NCBI GenBank assembly: GCA_035544615.1
Contig: DATKEA010000102.1
Location: 4,015 to 68,014, forward strand
DNA: 64,000 nucleotides
Direction of reading: 5' to 3'
From: Acidimicrobiia bacterium
GTDB lineage: Bacteria; Actinomycetota; Acidimicrobiia; Spongiisociales; ZC4RG35
In this document: one piece after another, positions 16,762 to 25,753 of the stretch
Layout: each line of letters opens with the position of its first letter
Numbering within the stretch: position 1 is the stretch's first letter
Translations under genes and position numbers: made by a program
Notes under the pieces: model-generated
Databases searched by the model: none
Seen by the model: only the letters and a program-made list of their open reading frames with translations
What the model was told of the DNA's origin: nothing

Positions 16762-18513
16762 TCACCACCCCCGGGATTGACTCGTGCCCGCCAGTCGGGC
16801 ATCTTGCCGGTAGGGAAGAACTTCGATCAGCTCGCCCGCGCGAGTCCGGTCCTGGATCGCCCGCCACGGGCCGACCTCGAACAGATCGGCATGATTGAGG
16901 AGGAAGACTTCCCGCAACTCGGGTGCCAGCCCGAGAAACCTCCGGTGCTCCTCGGGAAAGACATCTCGGTCCCCCACCGGAAACCAGGGCTCGTCCATCA
17001 TTGCTTCGCTCTCGTCGCGAGGGGGTGGTATCTCCCGAAAGTTGATGTCGGCGAGAGGACTGAGCTCGTCATAGTCGTAGAAGACGACACGCCCGTGCCT
17101 GGTCACGCCGAAGTTCTTTGGGAGCAGATCGCCGGGGAAGATGTTGGTCGAAGCGAGGTCCTTGATCGATTGCCCGAAGTCGATGACCGCTTCTTCGGCC
17201 GCAGCACCGGCGGCCTCCCGGACGTAGATGTCGAGAGGCACGACACGGCGCTCGACATAGACACGCTTGATGATCACCGAGTCACCTTCGAGGCGAACCG
17301 TGCTCGCGGCCTCGGACAGAAGCTCGTCGAGGACCGCGTCGGAGAATCGCGAGCGGTGAAACTCGAGATGCTGGAAATCCTGAACGTCCATCAGACGACC
17401 GGCACGATCATGCTGAAAGACCATCTGGTACTTGTCGATTACCGACCGGCGCGTGGTGCGTTTCGGGGAGGCGAAGGTGTCTCGGATCACCTTGAAGACA
17501 TCGTCGTAGCCGGCCATGGTGAACACGATCATCACCAGGCCCTTGGTGCCCGGCGCCGGCTCGAACTGCTCGTCCGTGGACCTCAAGTGGCGAAGCAGGT
17601 CGCGGTACAGCTCGGTCTTGCCGTGCTTGTTCTGCCCGATCGCGATATAGATCTCGGCCACCCGCTTCCGGGGCATGAGCCGGCGAAGGAAGCGGACCAG
17701 GTCGTAGGGCCGGGCCACGTCAACGTGAAAGTACGACCTGGTGAAGCTGAACACGATCGACGCCTCGTTCTCGGTGAGCAGAACGGCGTCGACGAACACC
17801 CCCTCGGCGCCGTTGCCCAAGGCGAGGATCAGAGGAATCCGATGTGAACCGGCATAGAGCAATCCCACGATGAAGGCAGCCTGGCCCCGGTAGAAGACAG
17901 AGCGCACCACCTCGGCCTTGCCCACCACCGTGAGCGCACCCGGCTCACTGAGTCGCTGATCGATGCGCTCGGCCACCTCGGCTGCGTCCGCCTCGAGTCG
18001 CGAATACGGCACGGAGCGGGAGAACGAAGCGAGGATGTCCTCGACCAGTTGTGCCGTGGACTGGCGCCGGTCGAGCGTTAGATACACCGGCTCCCGCGAC
18101 GGGATGGGCGGTGTGTCGAAGTCGGTGTCGACGAACTCGATGTGCTCGGCAACCCCGACGGTCTTGAAGACACGGCGGGTCACCGAGTTGTAGAAAGTCT
18201 CGGCCAGCTCCCAGTCCTGACGGCCGGAGATCAAACCCGAGTACACCGCCTTGATCGCCACCCAGACCAGGGGGTCACCAGTCCGATGCCCCAGCAGCTG
18301 ATCGATCGACTCGATTACCCGGTCGACGACCACCGGGTACAGCCGCAGCCTCTCCAAGGCGTCGCTGTGCATCCCGCGCCAGTCGCGCTCTTCGAAACGC
18401 CGCGGCGCCCGTTGGTTGATCGCCCGGAACCTCGAGACATACTCCTCGAACCCTTCGAGGATCCGGTTGGCGCCGTGATTGGAGAGCCGGCTGTCGGTCA
18501 GCGATGTCGTCAT
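16762..18513 (-). CDS. aceK: isocitrate dehydrogenase kinase/phosphatase
   Basis: 583 aa. Collinear by eye with E. coli AceK, for example NEASIVFSFTRSYF, IAIGQNKHGKTELYR, NIFPGDLLPKNFGVTRHGRVVFYDYDE and FREIPPPR. Confidence 0.9.
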   Translation of the reverse strand: MTTSLTDSRLSNHGANRILEGFEEYVSRFRAINQRAPRRFEERDWRGMHSDALERLRLYPVVVDRVIESIDQLLGHRTGDPLVWVAIKAVYSGLISGRQDWELAETFYNSVTRRVFKTVGVAEHIEFVDTDFDTPPIPSREPVYLTLDRRQSTAQLVEDILASFSRSVPYSRLEADAAEVAERIDQRLSEPGALTVVGKAEVVRSVFYRGQAAFIVGLLYAGSHRIPLILALGNGAEGVFVDAVLLTENEASIVFSFTRSYFHVDVARPYDLVRFLRRLMPRKRVAEIYIAIGQNKHGKTELYRDLLRHLRSTDEQFEPAPGTKGLVMIVFTMAGYDDVFKVIRDTFASPKRTTRRSVIDKYQMVFQHDRAGRLMDVQDFQHLEFHRSRFSDAVLDELLSEAASTVRLEGDSVIIKRVYVERRVVPLDIYVREAAGAAAEEAVIDFGQSIKDLASTNIFPGDLLPKNFGVTRHGRVVFYDYDELSPLADINFREIPPPRDESEAMMDEPWFPVGDRDVFPEEHRRFLGLAPELREVFLLNHADLFEVGPWRAIQDRTRAGELIEVLPYRQDARLAGTSQSRGW

Positions 18514-18563
18514 CTGTTTCCAACCCGCTGATCATCTGTCCTGGCGACCCGCATCCGAGACCA

Positions 18564-19463
18564 TCAACCGAGGAAAGACGAGATCTCGTCGACCACACGA
18601 TCAGGATGGGTCCACGGTGCCTCGTGCCTGACGCCCACCAGCTCGACCACGGTTGGATTGTCCAGGGCTCCGGCGAGAGCGTATTGCCATGCCGGAGGAA
18701 CGAGCTGGTCGAGTGTCGGGATGACCACGAGGGTGTCGGCTTCGATCCGACCGATCCATGGCCGCGAGTCGAATCGCAACAGTGCGAGTGTCGCCTGGGC
18801 TCCGGCGTCCACATCACGACGATGGGTCTCCTCCCAAAGCCATCTGGCATGCTTCTCCTCTACGGCGCCTATTGCGCGCAGGTATGTCGATCGGACCTCG
18901 GGCGTCCCTAGACCCGTCAGCCGCTCAAAGGCTCGGGCCACGACCGCCCCCACGGCGCGGATGGTCCGATCAGGCTCGGGGTGGTGGGTGAAAGTGCCCA
19001 TCAGGACCAGGCGGTCGACCCGACCGGGATGGCGGTGGGTCATGGCCTGAGCGATGGCGCCACCCATCGAGTACCCCACCACCGAGACCTGGCCAAGACC
19101 CAGCTGGTCGAGCACACCGGCCATGTCGTCGGCAAGGTCATCGATCTCGAATCGGTCTCTTGCCAATGGCGCCAACCCATGGCTTCGGTGGTCCACCATG
19201 ATCACCCGGTACTTCTCGGCCAACCTGGGCCCGATCCGGTACCACTCGGCAAGTGATGAGCCGGCCAGCCCATGGATCAACAGCACGACCCGGGCGTTGA
19301 CCGGCCCCGATTCCCTGACCGCGAACTCCTGGTCCCCCACGAACACCGTCCGGCCCGATACCCGCATGGGGTGCTCCTGGGGCGGGCGGAATCTGGGGCT
19401 TATCACCGGCCCGAAAGCTCTCCACAGCAGAAGGCCGGCCAACACGCGCCTAAGGGCTTTCAT
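18564..19463 (-). CDS. alpha/beta-fold hydrolase
   Basis: 299 aa with an HGLAGS oxyanion region and nucleophile elbow GYSMGG. ATGA overlap with the ferredoxin stop. Confidence 0.85.
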   Translation of the reverse strand: MKALRRVLAGLLLWRAFGPVISPRFRPPQEHPMRVSGRTVFVGDQEFAVRESGPVNARVVLLIHGLAGSSLAEWYRIGPRLAEKYRVIMVDHRSHGLAPLARDRFEIDDLADDMAGVLDQLGLGQVSVVGYSMGGAIAQAMTHRHPGRVDRLVLMGTFTHHPEPDRTIRAVGAVVARAFERLTGLGTPEVRSTYLRAIGAVEEKHARWLWEETHRRDVDAGAQATLALLRFDSRPWIGRIEADTLVVIPTLDQLVPPAWQYALAGALDNPTVVELVGVRHEAPWTHPDRVVDEISSFLG

Positions 19464-19885
19464 GGGGCAAGCCCTCCTACCGAGAACACAAGACCGTCCA
19501 CGGGGCGTCCCCCCACCAGGTGCTCGTCAATGATCCGATCGAGCTTCTCGATGGTCACCCCGGCGTACCAGGTGGCCTCGGGGTACACCACACAGATCGC
19601 TCCTTGCTCGCAGATGCGAAGACAGTCGACCTTGCTCCTGAGCACAGATCCGTCACCGGGCAGGACGGGCGTCGGCTCGGCATCGGGATTCCCGTACCAC
19701 GAGGGGGGTGGCGAGGTCAGGCCGAGTTCCTTCAACCTCGTTTTGAGATGACGCCAGAGCTCATTGGTCTGTTCGCGTGGCGCGCACCTCGGCGTGGCCT
19801 GATCGGCGCAGAGGAAGATGTGCCGTCTCGCCCGGGGAATCGACTGCGCCTCAGCGATGGCAACGAGACGCTGTTGGGGGTTCAC
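19460..19885 (-). CDS. thioredoxin-like [2Fe-2S] ferredoxin family protein
   Basis: 141 aa with Cys pattern FLCADQ..PRC ... DCLRICEQGAICVVYP. GTGA overlap with the selD stop. Confidence 0.75.
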   Translation of the reverse strand: MNPQQRLVAIAEAQSIPRARRHIFLCADQATPRCAPREQTNELWRHLKTRLKELGLTSPPPSWYGNPDAEPTPVLPGDGSVLRSKVDCLRICEQGAICVVYPEATWYAGVTIEKLDRIIDEHLVGGRPVDGLVFSVGGLAP

Positions 19886-20907
19886 GGTGATACGACGATC
19901 GCCTGGCCGGCCGTGACGACGCCGATCGAGGCCGATCCGGGCACGTCACGCATGTAGGCCTCGGCACGCTCCGGCGCCACTGCGACGAGGAGCCCACCCG
20001 ACGTCTGGGCGTCGGCGAGCAGCTGCAACCCGATCTCGTCAACCGACGACTCGACGTACGAACGCGCCGAATCGAGATTCCGCTGCGATCCACCAGCCCA
20101 CATCCCCTGGGCCAGGAGATCCATGGCGCCCTCGACAACCGGGACCAGGCCCAGCTCGACGCTCGCTCCGACACTCGAGGCAAGGCACATCTCCCTGAGA
20201 TGGCCGAATAGGCCGAAGCCCGTGACGTCTGTCGCGGCTGAGACGTCGTGGGCGACAAGTGCCCGGCCCGCCACGTCGTTCAGTGACGCCATCAGGTCGA
20301 TGACCTCCCGCTCGAGGTGGGTTGGGCACTTCCCCCGCTTGATTGCCGTGGTGATGATCCCGATCCCGAGTGGCTTGGTCAGCACCAGCTCATCACCTGG
20401 GCGAGCACCCGAGTTGGTGAAATAGGCGTCTGAAGGGACGGTCCCGGTGACTGCGAAGCCGTACGTCGGTTCCGGGCTGTCGATGGAATGCCCGCCAACC
20501 ACGGTGCAGCCGGCCCTCTCCATGACATCCAAGCCGCCGGCGACCACCTCACCGGCGAGGTCGAAGTCGAGCGCACCCCGGGGCCAGGCCAGATACTGGA
20601 GGGAGGTGAGAGGGGTCCCCCCCATTGCGTAGACGTCGCTGAGAGCGTTGGCAGCCGCGATCCGGCCCCAATCGCGCGGCCCGTCGACCACTGGTGTGAA
20701 AATGTCCACCGTTTGCACCAATGCGGTTCCGTTGCCTAGCGAAAAAACACCCGCATCGTCTGACGTCGCCACCCCCACCAGCAGGTCGGGGTGGGAGCTC
20801 GCATTGTGCCCCTTGACCGTCGTCATGATGTGCGACAGCTCATCGGCGCTCAACTTGCAGGCACAACCCGCCCCATGAGAGAACTCGGTCATGCGCACCT
20901 CGGTCAT
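19882..20907 (-). CDS. selD: selenide, water dikinase (selenophosphate synthetase), Cys form
   Basis: 341 aa from ATG 20907 (alternative ATG 20892). N-terminal SHGAGCACKLS and an AIR-synthase-like fold. Confidence 0.9.
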   Translation of the reverse strand: MTEVRMTEFSHGAGCACKLSADELSHIMTTVKGHNASSHPDLLVGVATSDDAGVFSLGNGTALVQTVDIFTPVVDGPRDWGRIAAANALSDVYAMGGTPLTSLQYLAWPRGALDFDLAGEVVAGGLDVMERAGCTVVGGHSIDSPEPTYGFAVTGTVPSDAYFTNSGARPGDELVLTKPLGIGIITTAIKRGKCPTHLEREVIDLMASLNDVAGRALVAHDVSAATDVTGFGLFGHLREMCLASSVGASVELGLVPVVEGAMDLLAQGMWAGGSQRNLDSARSYVESSVDEIGLQLLADAQTSGGLLVAVAPERAEAYMRDVPGSASIGVVTAGQAIVVSP

Positions 20908-21002
20908 CGACAAAAGATAGCGCCGGCCCCAAGGCTGGATTCCGCCGCGAGGCCGGCGCCAGCCGCGATTAGCAACAGGCCACAATTAGCCTTTGACGCT
21001 CA

Positions 21003-21479
21003 ATGTTCGAACCACCCACCTTTCTCACACCTGCCGCCCACGACAAGATGCGAGAAGAGCTGGAACAGCTCAAGACCGAGGGCCGCAAGGAGATCGAAGA
21101 GCGGATAGCCGAAGCCCGCTCCCATGGTGATCTGCGCGAGAACGCCGACTACGACGCTGCCAAGAACGACCAGGGTCTGATGGAGTCGAGAATCAGGAAG
21201 CTGGAGTTCCTGCTCAACAATGCAGAAGTGAGGGATGTCGCCGACACGGGTCGGGTCGAGATCGGGAGCGTGGTCACGGTGGTCGACTCCGACGGCGATG
21301 AGCTCGACTACTTCGTGGCGCCGCAAGAAAACAAGGCGCCGGGGTTGCTCCTCGCCTCGCCCACCAGCCCTTTGGGGGGCGCCCTGATCGGCGCGTCGGT
21401 CGGGGACGAGGTTTCTTACCAGGCTCCGGCCGGCACTTTCTCGGTCTCGGTCAAGGCCGTGCGCCCTTACGAGTCCTGA
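21003..21479 (+). CDS. greA: transcription elongation factor GreA
   Basis: 158 aa with a coiled-coil N-domain and the GDLRENADYDAAK motif. Confidence 0.95.
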   Translation: MFEPPTFLTPAAHDKMREELEQLKTEGRKEIEERIAEARSHGDLRENADYDAAKNDQGLMESRIRKLEFLLNNAEVRDVADTGRVEIGSVVTVVDSDGDELDYFVAPQENKAPGLLLASPTSPLGGALIGASVGDEVSYQAPAGTFSVSVKAVRPYES

Positions 21480-21522
21480 ACCCGGTTAGCCTCACGCCGG
21501 TTCGCCGTCCGAGGGCTATCCG

Positions 21523-22926
21523 GTGAGACTCCGACTCAGACGTCCCCGTCAACTTGCCAGGGATCTCCTTGCTGCTGCGCGCCGCGACCGCGACCGCGTC
21601 GCCGACTATCTGGAGGCGCACGGCCCGCAGTGGGAAGCGCTCGCCGGTGCCGCCCCTGGCGACGCGGCCGACGTCCTCGAGCAACTGACCGAGGAAGACG
21701 CAGCCGGCCTTCTCGCCGGCCTCTCCCCCGAGGACGCAGCTGAGATCCTGGAGCAGATCGCCCCCGAGCTCGCCGCCGAGCTGGTGGAGGAGGTGCCGAT
21801 CCAGGATCTGACGGCGGCCGTCGCCGAGATGACGGGTGAGTCGGCGGCCGACCTCTTGTTCGAGCTAGACGACGAACTGACCGAAAGCGTCCTGTCGCTC
21901 ATGGACGATCAGGCGGAGAGCGAGATACGCCGTCTGCTGGCGTTCCCTCCTGACACCGCCGGTGGTCTGATGACAACCGAGATCGCTGCCTTGCCCATAG
22001 GGCTGACCGCCGGGGAGGCCATCGAGCGGATCCGACAGCTCCACGACGAGTTCGAGGATCTCTCCTATGTGTACGTGGTCAACGACCAAGGCCAGCTCAG
22101 GGGGGTGGTCTCGTTCCGCGATCTCGTCTTCGCCCGGCCCGGCGCGAGTCTCGACGAGGTGATGGTGCACGATCCCATCGCAGTCGGCGCCTTCGCCGAC
22201 CGGGAAGAGGTGGCGGAGCTCAGCCAGAGATACCACCTCTTCGGTATCCCCGTCGTCGACGACGGGGAGCACCTGCTCGGCATGGTGACGACCGATGCGG
22301 TCATCGAGATGGTGCAGGATGAGGCGACCGAGGACTTCGCAGCCGCAGTCGGGGCCGGCCTCGAGGAGACCGTCTACACGAATGTAACCAAGTCCTTCAA
22401 GTCGAGAACACCATGGCTGCTGCTCAATCTCTTGCTCGCCGTGTTGGTGGCGTGGGTGATCGAAAGCCAAACGCGCGTCATTGCTCGCGAGCCGGTGCTC
22501 GCGGCGCTGATGCCTATCGTGGCCACCCTCGGCGGCAGCAGCGGCAACCAGGGACTCGCCGTCATGATCCGCTCTCTGGCCACCGACGACGTGCCGAGAG
22601 CACAGGTCCCCGCGATCATCCTTCGCCAGGCAGGTGTCGGCTTTCTCAACGGAGTGGCACTCGCCGTGGCCTCCGGGGCGCTCACCTTTGGCCTCATCGC
22701 AACAGGAGTCTTCGCTAGCAACGGCCGGCCTTCGGAGATCGCCGCGGTCATCGCATTCGCCAGCCTTGCCAACCTGTTCCTGGCGACGATGTTTGGTTCG
22801 GCGATCCCATTGATCCTTCGCCGGCTTGGTCTCGACCCGGCCCTGGCAGCCTCGATCCTGCTCACGGTCATCACCGACGTCGTCGGCTTCGGCGGGTTCC
22901 TTCTGGTGGCGGCGACGCTGCTCTGA
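21523..22926 (+). CDS. mgtE: magnesium transporter MgtE
   Basis: 467 aa from a GTG start. MgtE N-domain, two CBS domains and a C-terminal 5-TM domain. Confidence 0.9.
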   Translation: MRLRLRRPRQLARDLLAAARRDRDRVADYLEAHGPQWEALAGAAPGDAADVLEQLTEEDAAGLLAGLSPEDAAEILEQIAPELAAELVEEVPIQDLTAAVAEMTGESAADLLFELDDELTESVLSLMDDQAESEIRRLLAFPPDTAGGLMTTEIAALPIGLTAGEAIERIRQLHDEFEDLSYVYVVNDQGQLRGVVSFRDLVFARPGASLDEVMVHDPIAVGAFADREEVAELSQRYHLFGIPVVDDGEHLLGMVTTDAVIEMVQDEATEDFAAAVGAGLEETVYTNVTKSFKSRTPWLLLNLLLAVLVAWVIESQTRVIAREPVLAALMPIVATLGGSSGNQGLAVMIRSLATDDVPRAQVPAIILRQAGVGFLNGVALAVASGALTFGLIATGVFASNGRPSEIAAVIAFASLANLFLATMFGSAIPLILRRLGLDPALAASILLTVITDVVGFGGFLLVAATLL

Positions 22927-22961
22927 GAGGTGTCCCCGAAGTGGGTAGAACCCAGCCGGGG

Positions 22962-23480
22962 TCAGCTACCGATACTCTGCGATCCCGAGCTGGCGAATCG
23001 CCCGCGGAAATGGATGGTCGTGCCATCCTCCAAGCTGGCGAAGTGATGCTGCTCCACCAAAGCGGTCTCTGCGTCGGTTCTCTCGGATTCAGCTTTGCGA
23101 TAGGCATCGACCGCCGAGGCATCGTCGAAGATCTCGGCTCCAAAAGCCACGGTCCCCTCCTCGAGGAGATCCAATACGAAGTTCTCGATGTCAACGTCGG
23201 TGTAGGCACCCGGAGGAACGACGATATAGAGCGTCTCCCCCGCCGGCTCCGACTCCCGGGCGACGATCTCCGAGCTGCCTACGGCCTGGCCGATGAGAGA
23301 CGTAGTCGTGCTGTCGCCACTTAGGGTGACGGACGTGGTTGGTGACTCGGCGACCGGTGTCGTGGCGGACACCAGAGATGATGTGGTGGTCAGCTCGGCC
23401 GCGTCATCATCACACGCGCTCACCACCACGGCGAGCAGAGCGAATAGGACGCCGTAACGAATCAGCTTCGGCCCGGTCAT
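22962..23480 (-). CDS. lipoprotein, function unknown
   Basis: 172 aa with lipobox VVSAC and a Ser/Thr-rich linker. Confidence 0.65.
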   Translation of the reverse strand: MTGPKLIRYGVLFALLAVVVSACDDDAAELTTTSSLVSATTPVAESPTTSVTLSGDSTTTSLIGQAVGSSEIVARESEPAGETLYIVVPPGAYTDVDIENFVLDLLEEGTVAFGAEIFDDASAVDAYRKAESERTDAETALVEQHHFASLEDGTTIHFRGRFASSGSQSIGS

Positions 23481-23546
23481 GCCTTACCAACGTAGCCCAT
23501 GTTGGCTGGGTTCCCAACCCCCGTCGTCACCGGTAGCCTGCCCACC

Positions 23547-24962
23547 ATGTCAGGCAGATACCGGCCTGCTCTTGTCGGGGCCCTCGTCTTCGTAGCCGCC
23601 CTCGTCGTGGCGGGATCAGCGAACACCACGGCGCAGGCCGCGCCGATGTGCCCCCCGGTGACCATGGACGACCTGTTCCCGGAACCGGCCAAGTCGCCGC
23701 CACCTCCGACGTCGGTCCCAGCCCCCGACCCGGACACCACCACCACCACGCCAGACATCACCACCACCACCCAACCACCGACCGAGACCACCACCACCAC
23801 CCAACCACCGACCGAGACCACCGTCACCACCGCGCCACCGGGAACCGGGACCAGTGCTCCTGTCCCGGCTCCGTCGCCATCCCCCAGATGTGAGCCGTTT
23901 CGCTACGACATGCTGTGGCCGCTGGCCGGACAGGGCCAGGTCGTCTCAGGGTTCGGCGCTGATCGGGATCATGGAGCACGACGCCACCAGGGCGTGGACA
24001 TCTCTGCGCCGAAGCTCACACCAGTCGTTGCCGTAGCAGACGGAGTCGTGATGAAGGTCGTGCAGGAGGTAGGCACCGAGGAGTGCTGTTGGATGTCACT
24101 CCGGCACAACGACGGTTGGCAGTCCTACTACGTGCATCTCAACAACGACATCCACGGAAGCGACGACGGAATGGGCTTTGGGGTCCGGCCAGATCTCGAA
24201 GAAGGTGTGGAAGTGACGGCTGGCGAGGTGGTCGGCTGGGTCGGCGACTCGGGTAACGCCGAGGAGACCATCGACCACCTTCATTTCGAGCTGAGAAACC
24301 GGGCCGGGATCGCGGTCGATGCAGGTCCCAGTGTTCGCGCCGCCCAGCAGAAAGCCGACATTCCCGCCCCCGAAACCACCTGGCCCTACGCCGATGACGA
24401 CGGTATCGAAGGTGAGTGGCTGGCGGCCACGCTGGTCAGTCAGGGGCTCTTCCTCCCCTGCGACGAGACCATGATCATGTTCTGTCCGGGCAAGGTCGCC
24501 TCTCCGGAGTTCGCCGGTGAAATCGCGGCACACTTCGCCGCCAAGGCGCCGCCCCCTATCGAGGGGCGGTATCAGTCGGTGCCGACCTCACTCAACCCGA
24601 CACTCCTCCGGCCCCGAACCCTCGAGCTGGCCCTCGGGTGCGAGCCAATCGGCGAGTGCCTCGACTACGGACTGCCGGAGACCTTGCTCGCCCGGTTGGC
24701 CGCCTGGGTGCGCATCGAAGCGATGGTGTCCAATCTCCTGCCCGACAACCCGGGGCCCGACGATGAGCTTCCCACCATCAGACTGCCATCGGCGGCCGAC
24801 GCCGAGACCAGACTTCGCGCCGAGGGAGCGATCGAAGCGTGCAACCCACCTCTCGACGGTGACCGGCTGCTGACACGCCAGGAGACGATGATCCGACTCG
24901 TCTCCTGGATCAGGGGGTTGAACCCCGAGCCTTGCTCAGTGGGCCCTCAGCGAAACCGCTGA
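23547..24962 (+). CDS. secreted M23 family metallopeptidase with Thr/Pro repeat linker and C-terminal SLH-like segments
   Basis: 471 aa from ATG 23547 with a signal peptide. HQGVDISAP and HLHFELR motifs. The C-terminal region carries FCPGKV-type motifs. Confidence 0.85.
   Translation: MSGRYRPALVGALVFVAALVVAGSANTTAQAAPMCPPVTMDDLFPEPAKSPPPPTSVPAPDPDTTTTTPDITTTTQPPTETTTTTQPPTETTVTTAPPGTGTSAPVPAPSPSPRCEPFRYDMLWPLAGQGQVVSGFGADRDHGARRHQGVDISAPKLTPVVAVADGVVMKVVQEVGTEECCWMSLRHNDGWQSYYVHLNNDIHGSDDGMGFGVRPDLEEGVEVTAGEVVGWVGDSGNAEETIDHLHFELRNRAGIAVDAGPSVRAAQQKADIPAPETTWPYADDDGIEGEWLAATLVSQGLFLPCDETMIMFCPGKVASPEFAGEIAAHFAAKAPPPIEGRYQSVPTSLNPTLLRPRTLELALGCEPIGECLDYGLPETLLARLAAWVRIEAMVSNLLPDNPGPDDELPTIRLPSAADAETRLRAEGAIEACNPPLDGDRLLTRQETMIRLVSWIRGLNPEPCSVGPQRNR
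23761..23820. repeat. perfect 30-bp tandem duplication in the M23 peptidase linker
   Basis: ccaccaccacccaaccaccgaccgagacca occurs twice (23761-23790 and 23791-23820), with degenerate copies on both sides. Encodes TTTTQPPTET twice. Confidence 0.9.
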
Positions 24963-25753
24963 ACGTACTGCCGCGCAAGATTCGAAGTGGTCGGGCCTTC
25001 GACGAACATCCGGCGGCCAACCGCGGCCACAGGTTGAACGTCTCTTATGGTCGACAGCGCCATCACCTCGTCGGCGAGTTCCAACCGGTCGAGAGTCCAC
25101 TCACCCTCTCTCACTTCCAGGTCCAATTCGCTAGCGATCTCGAGCACGACCCGTCTGGTGATCGAGTCGAGGATCCCCAGGTCGAGACTCGGTGTTTCGA
25201 CGACACCGGCGATCACCCATGCCACTGAGAACGTCGGGCCTTCCAGCATCACGTCGTCGCCCGTGAGCAGCAGGGCGTCACCGAAGCCCTCGGCAACGGC
25301 CCGCCTGGTCGCCGACATGTTGGGGGCATAAGAAAGGATCTTTGCCCCGGCCAGGTCCCAGGGTTGACCGGCGGCGTGCCAGGGGGCGGGGAGGGGGAAG
25401 AGGGTGGTAGGGCCCGGTTCGCCGGTGGCGGGATGGCCGAAAACGATCGTCAGCGGATCGCCCGGCTCGCCTGGCACCGACGAGCCTCTCGTAACGACCA
25501 CCCTCACCGCGACATCACCACCGGACTCGGCCACGGTTCGAATCCATTGTTCGAGTTCGTGACGTGGAGGAAGAGGGATCTCGAGGATTCTGGCGCTTTC
25601 CATTAAACGATCGACATGCTCCTCGAGCGCGAAGACCCCGCCGGCACGAGCCTTGAGAACCTCGAAGCAACCGTCGCCACGCAGCACCGATGAATCGGTG
25701 ACGCTGATGGTCCCGTCCGACTCGCTGCCGTTGATGAGAACCTTGGTGATCAT
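24947..25753 (-). CDS. class IV aminotransferase (branched-chain aminotransferase / aminodeoxychorismate lyase family)
   Basis: 268 aa with an N-terminal LRGDGCFE motif typical of fold type IV. ATGA overlap with the nadE stop. Confidence 0.85.
   Translation of the reverse strand: MITKVLINGSESDGTISVTDSSVLRGDGCFEVLKARAGGVFALEEHVDRLMESARILEIPLPPRHELEQWIRTVAESGGDVAVRVVVTRGSSVPGEPGDPLTIVFGHPATGEPGPTTLFPLPAPWHAAGQPWDLAGAKILSYAPNMSATRRAVAEGFGDALLLTGDDVMLEGPTFSVAWVIAGVVETPSLDLGILDSITRRVVLEIASELDLEVREGEWTLDRLELADEVMALSTIRDVQPVAAVGRRMFVEGPTTSNLARQYVQRFR

Noticed and set aside
16417-17847. 476-aa plus-strand ORF antisense to aceK
   Set aside because: Shadow ORF of a confidently identified gene, with low-complexity composition.
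23648-23893. His-rich 81-aa ORF (HHHHARHHHHHPTTDRDHHHH)
   Set aside because: Alternate frame of the ACC/CCA-rich Thr/Pro repeat of the M23 peptidase gene.
25535-25545. GGTTCGAATCC, a perfect tRNA T-loop-like word
   Set aside because: Flanking bases cannot form a T-stem or a cloverleaf, and it lies inside the class IV aminotransferase gene.
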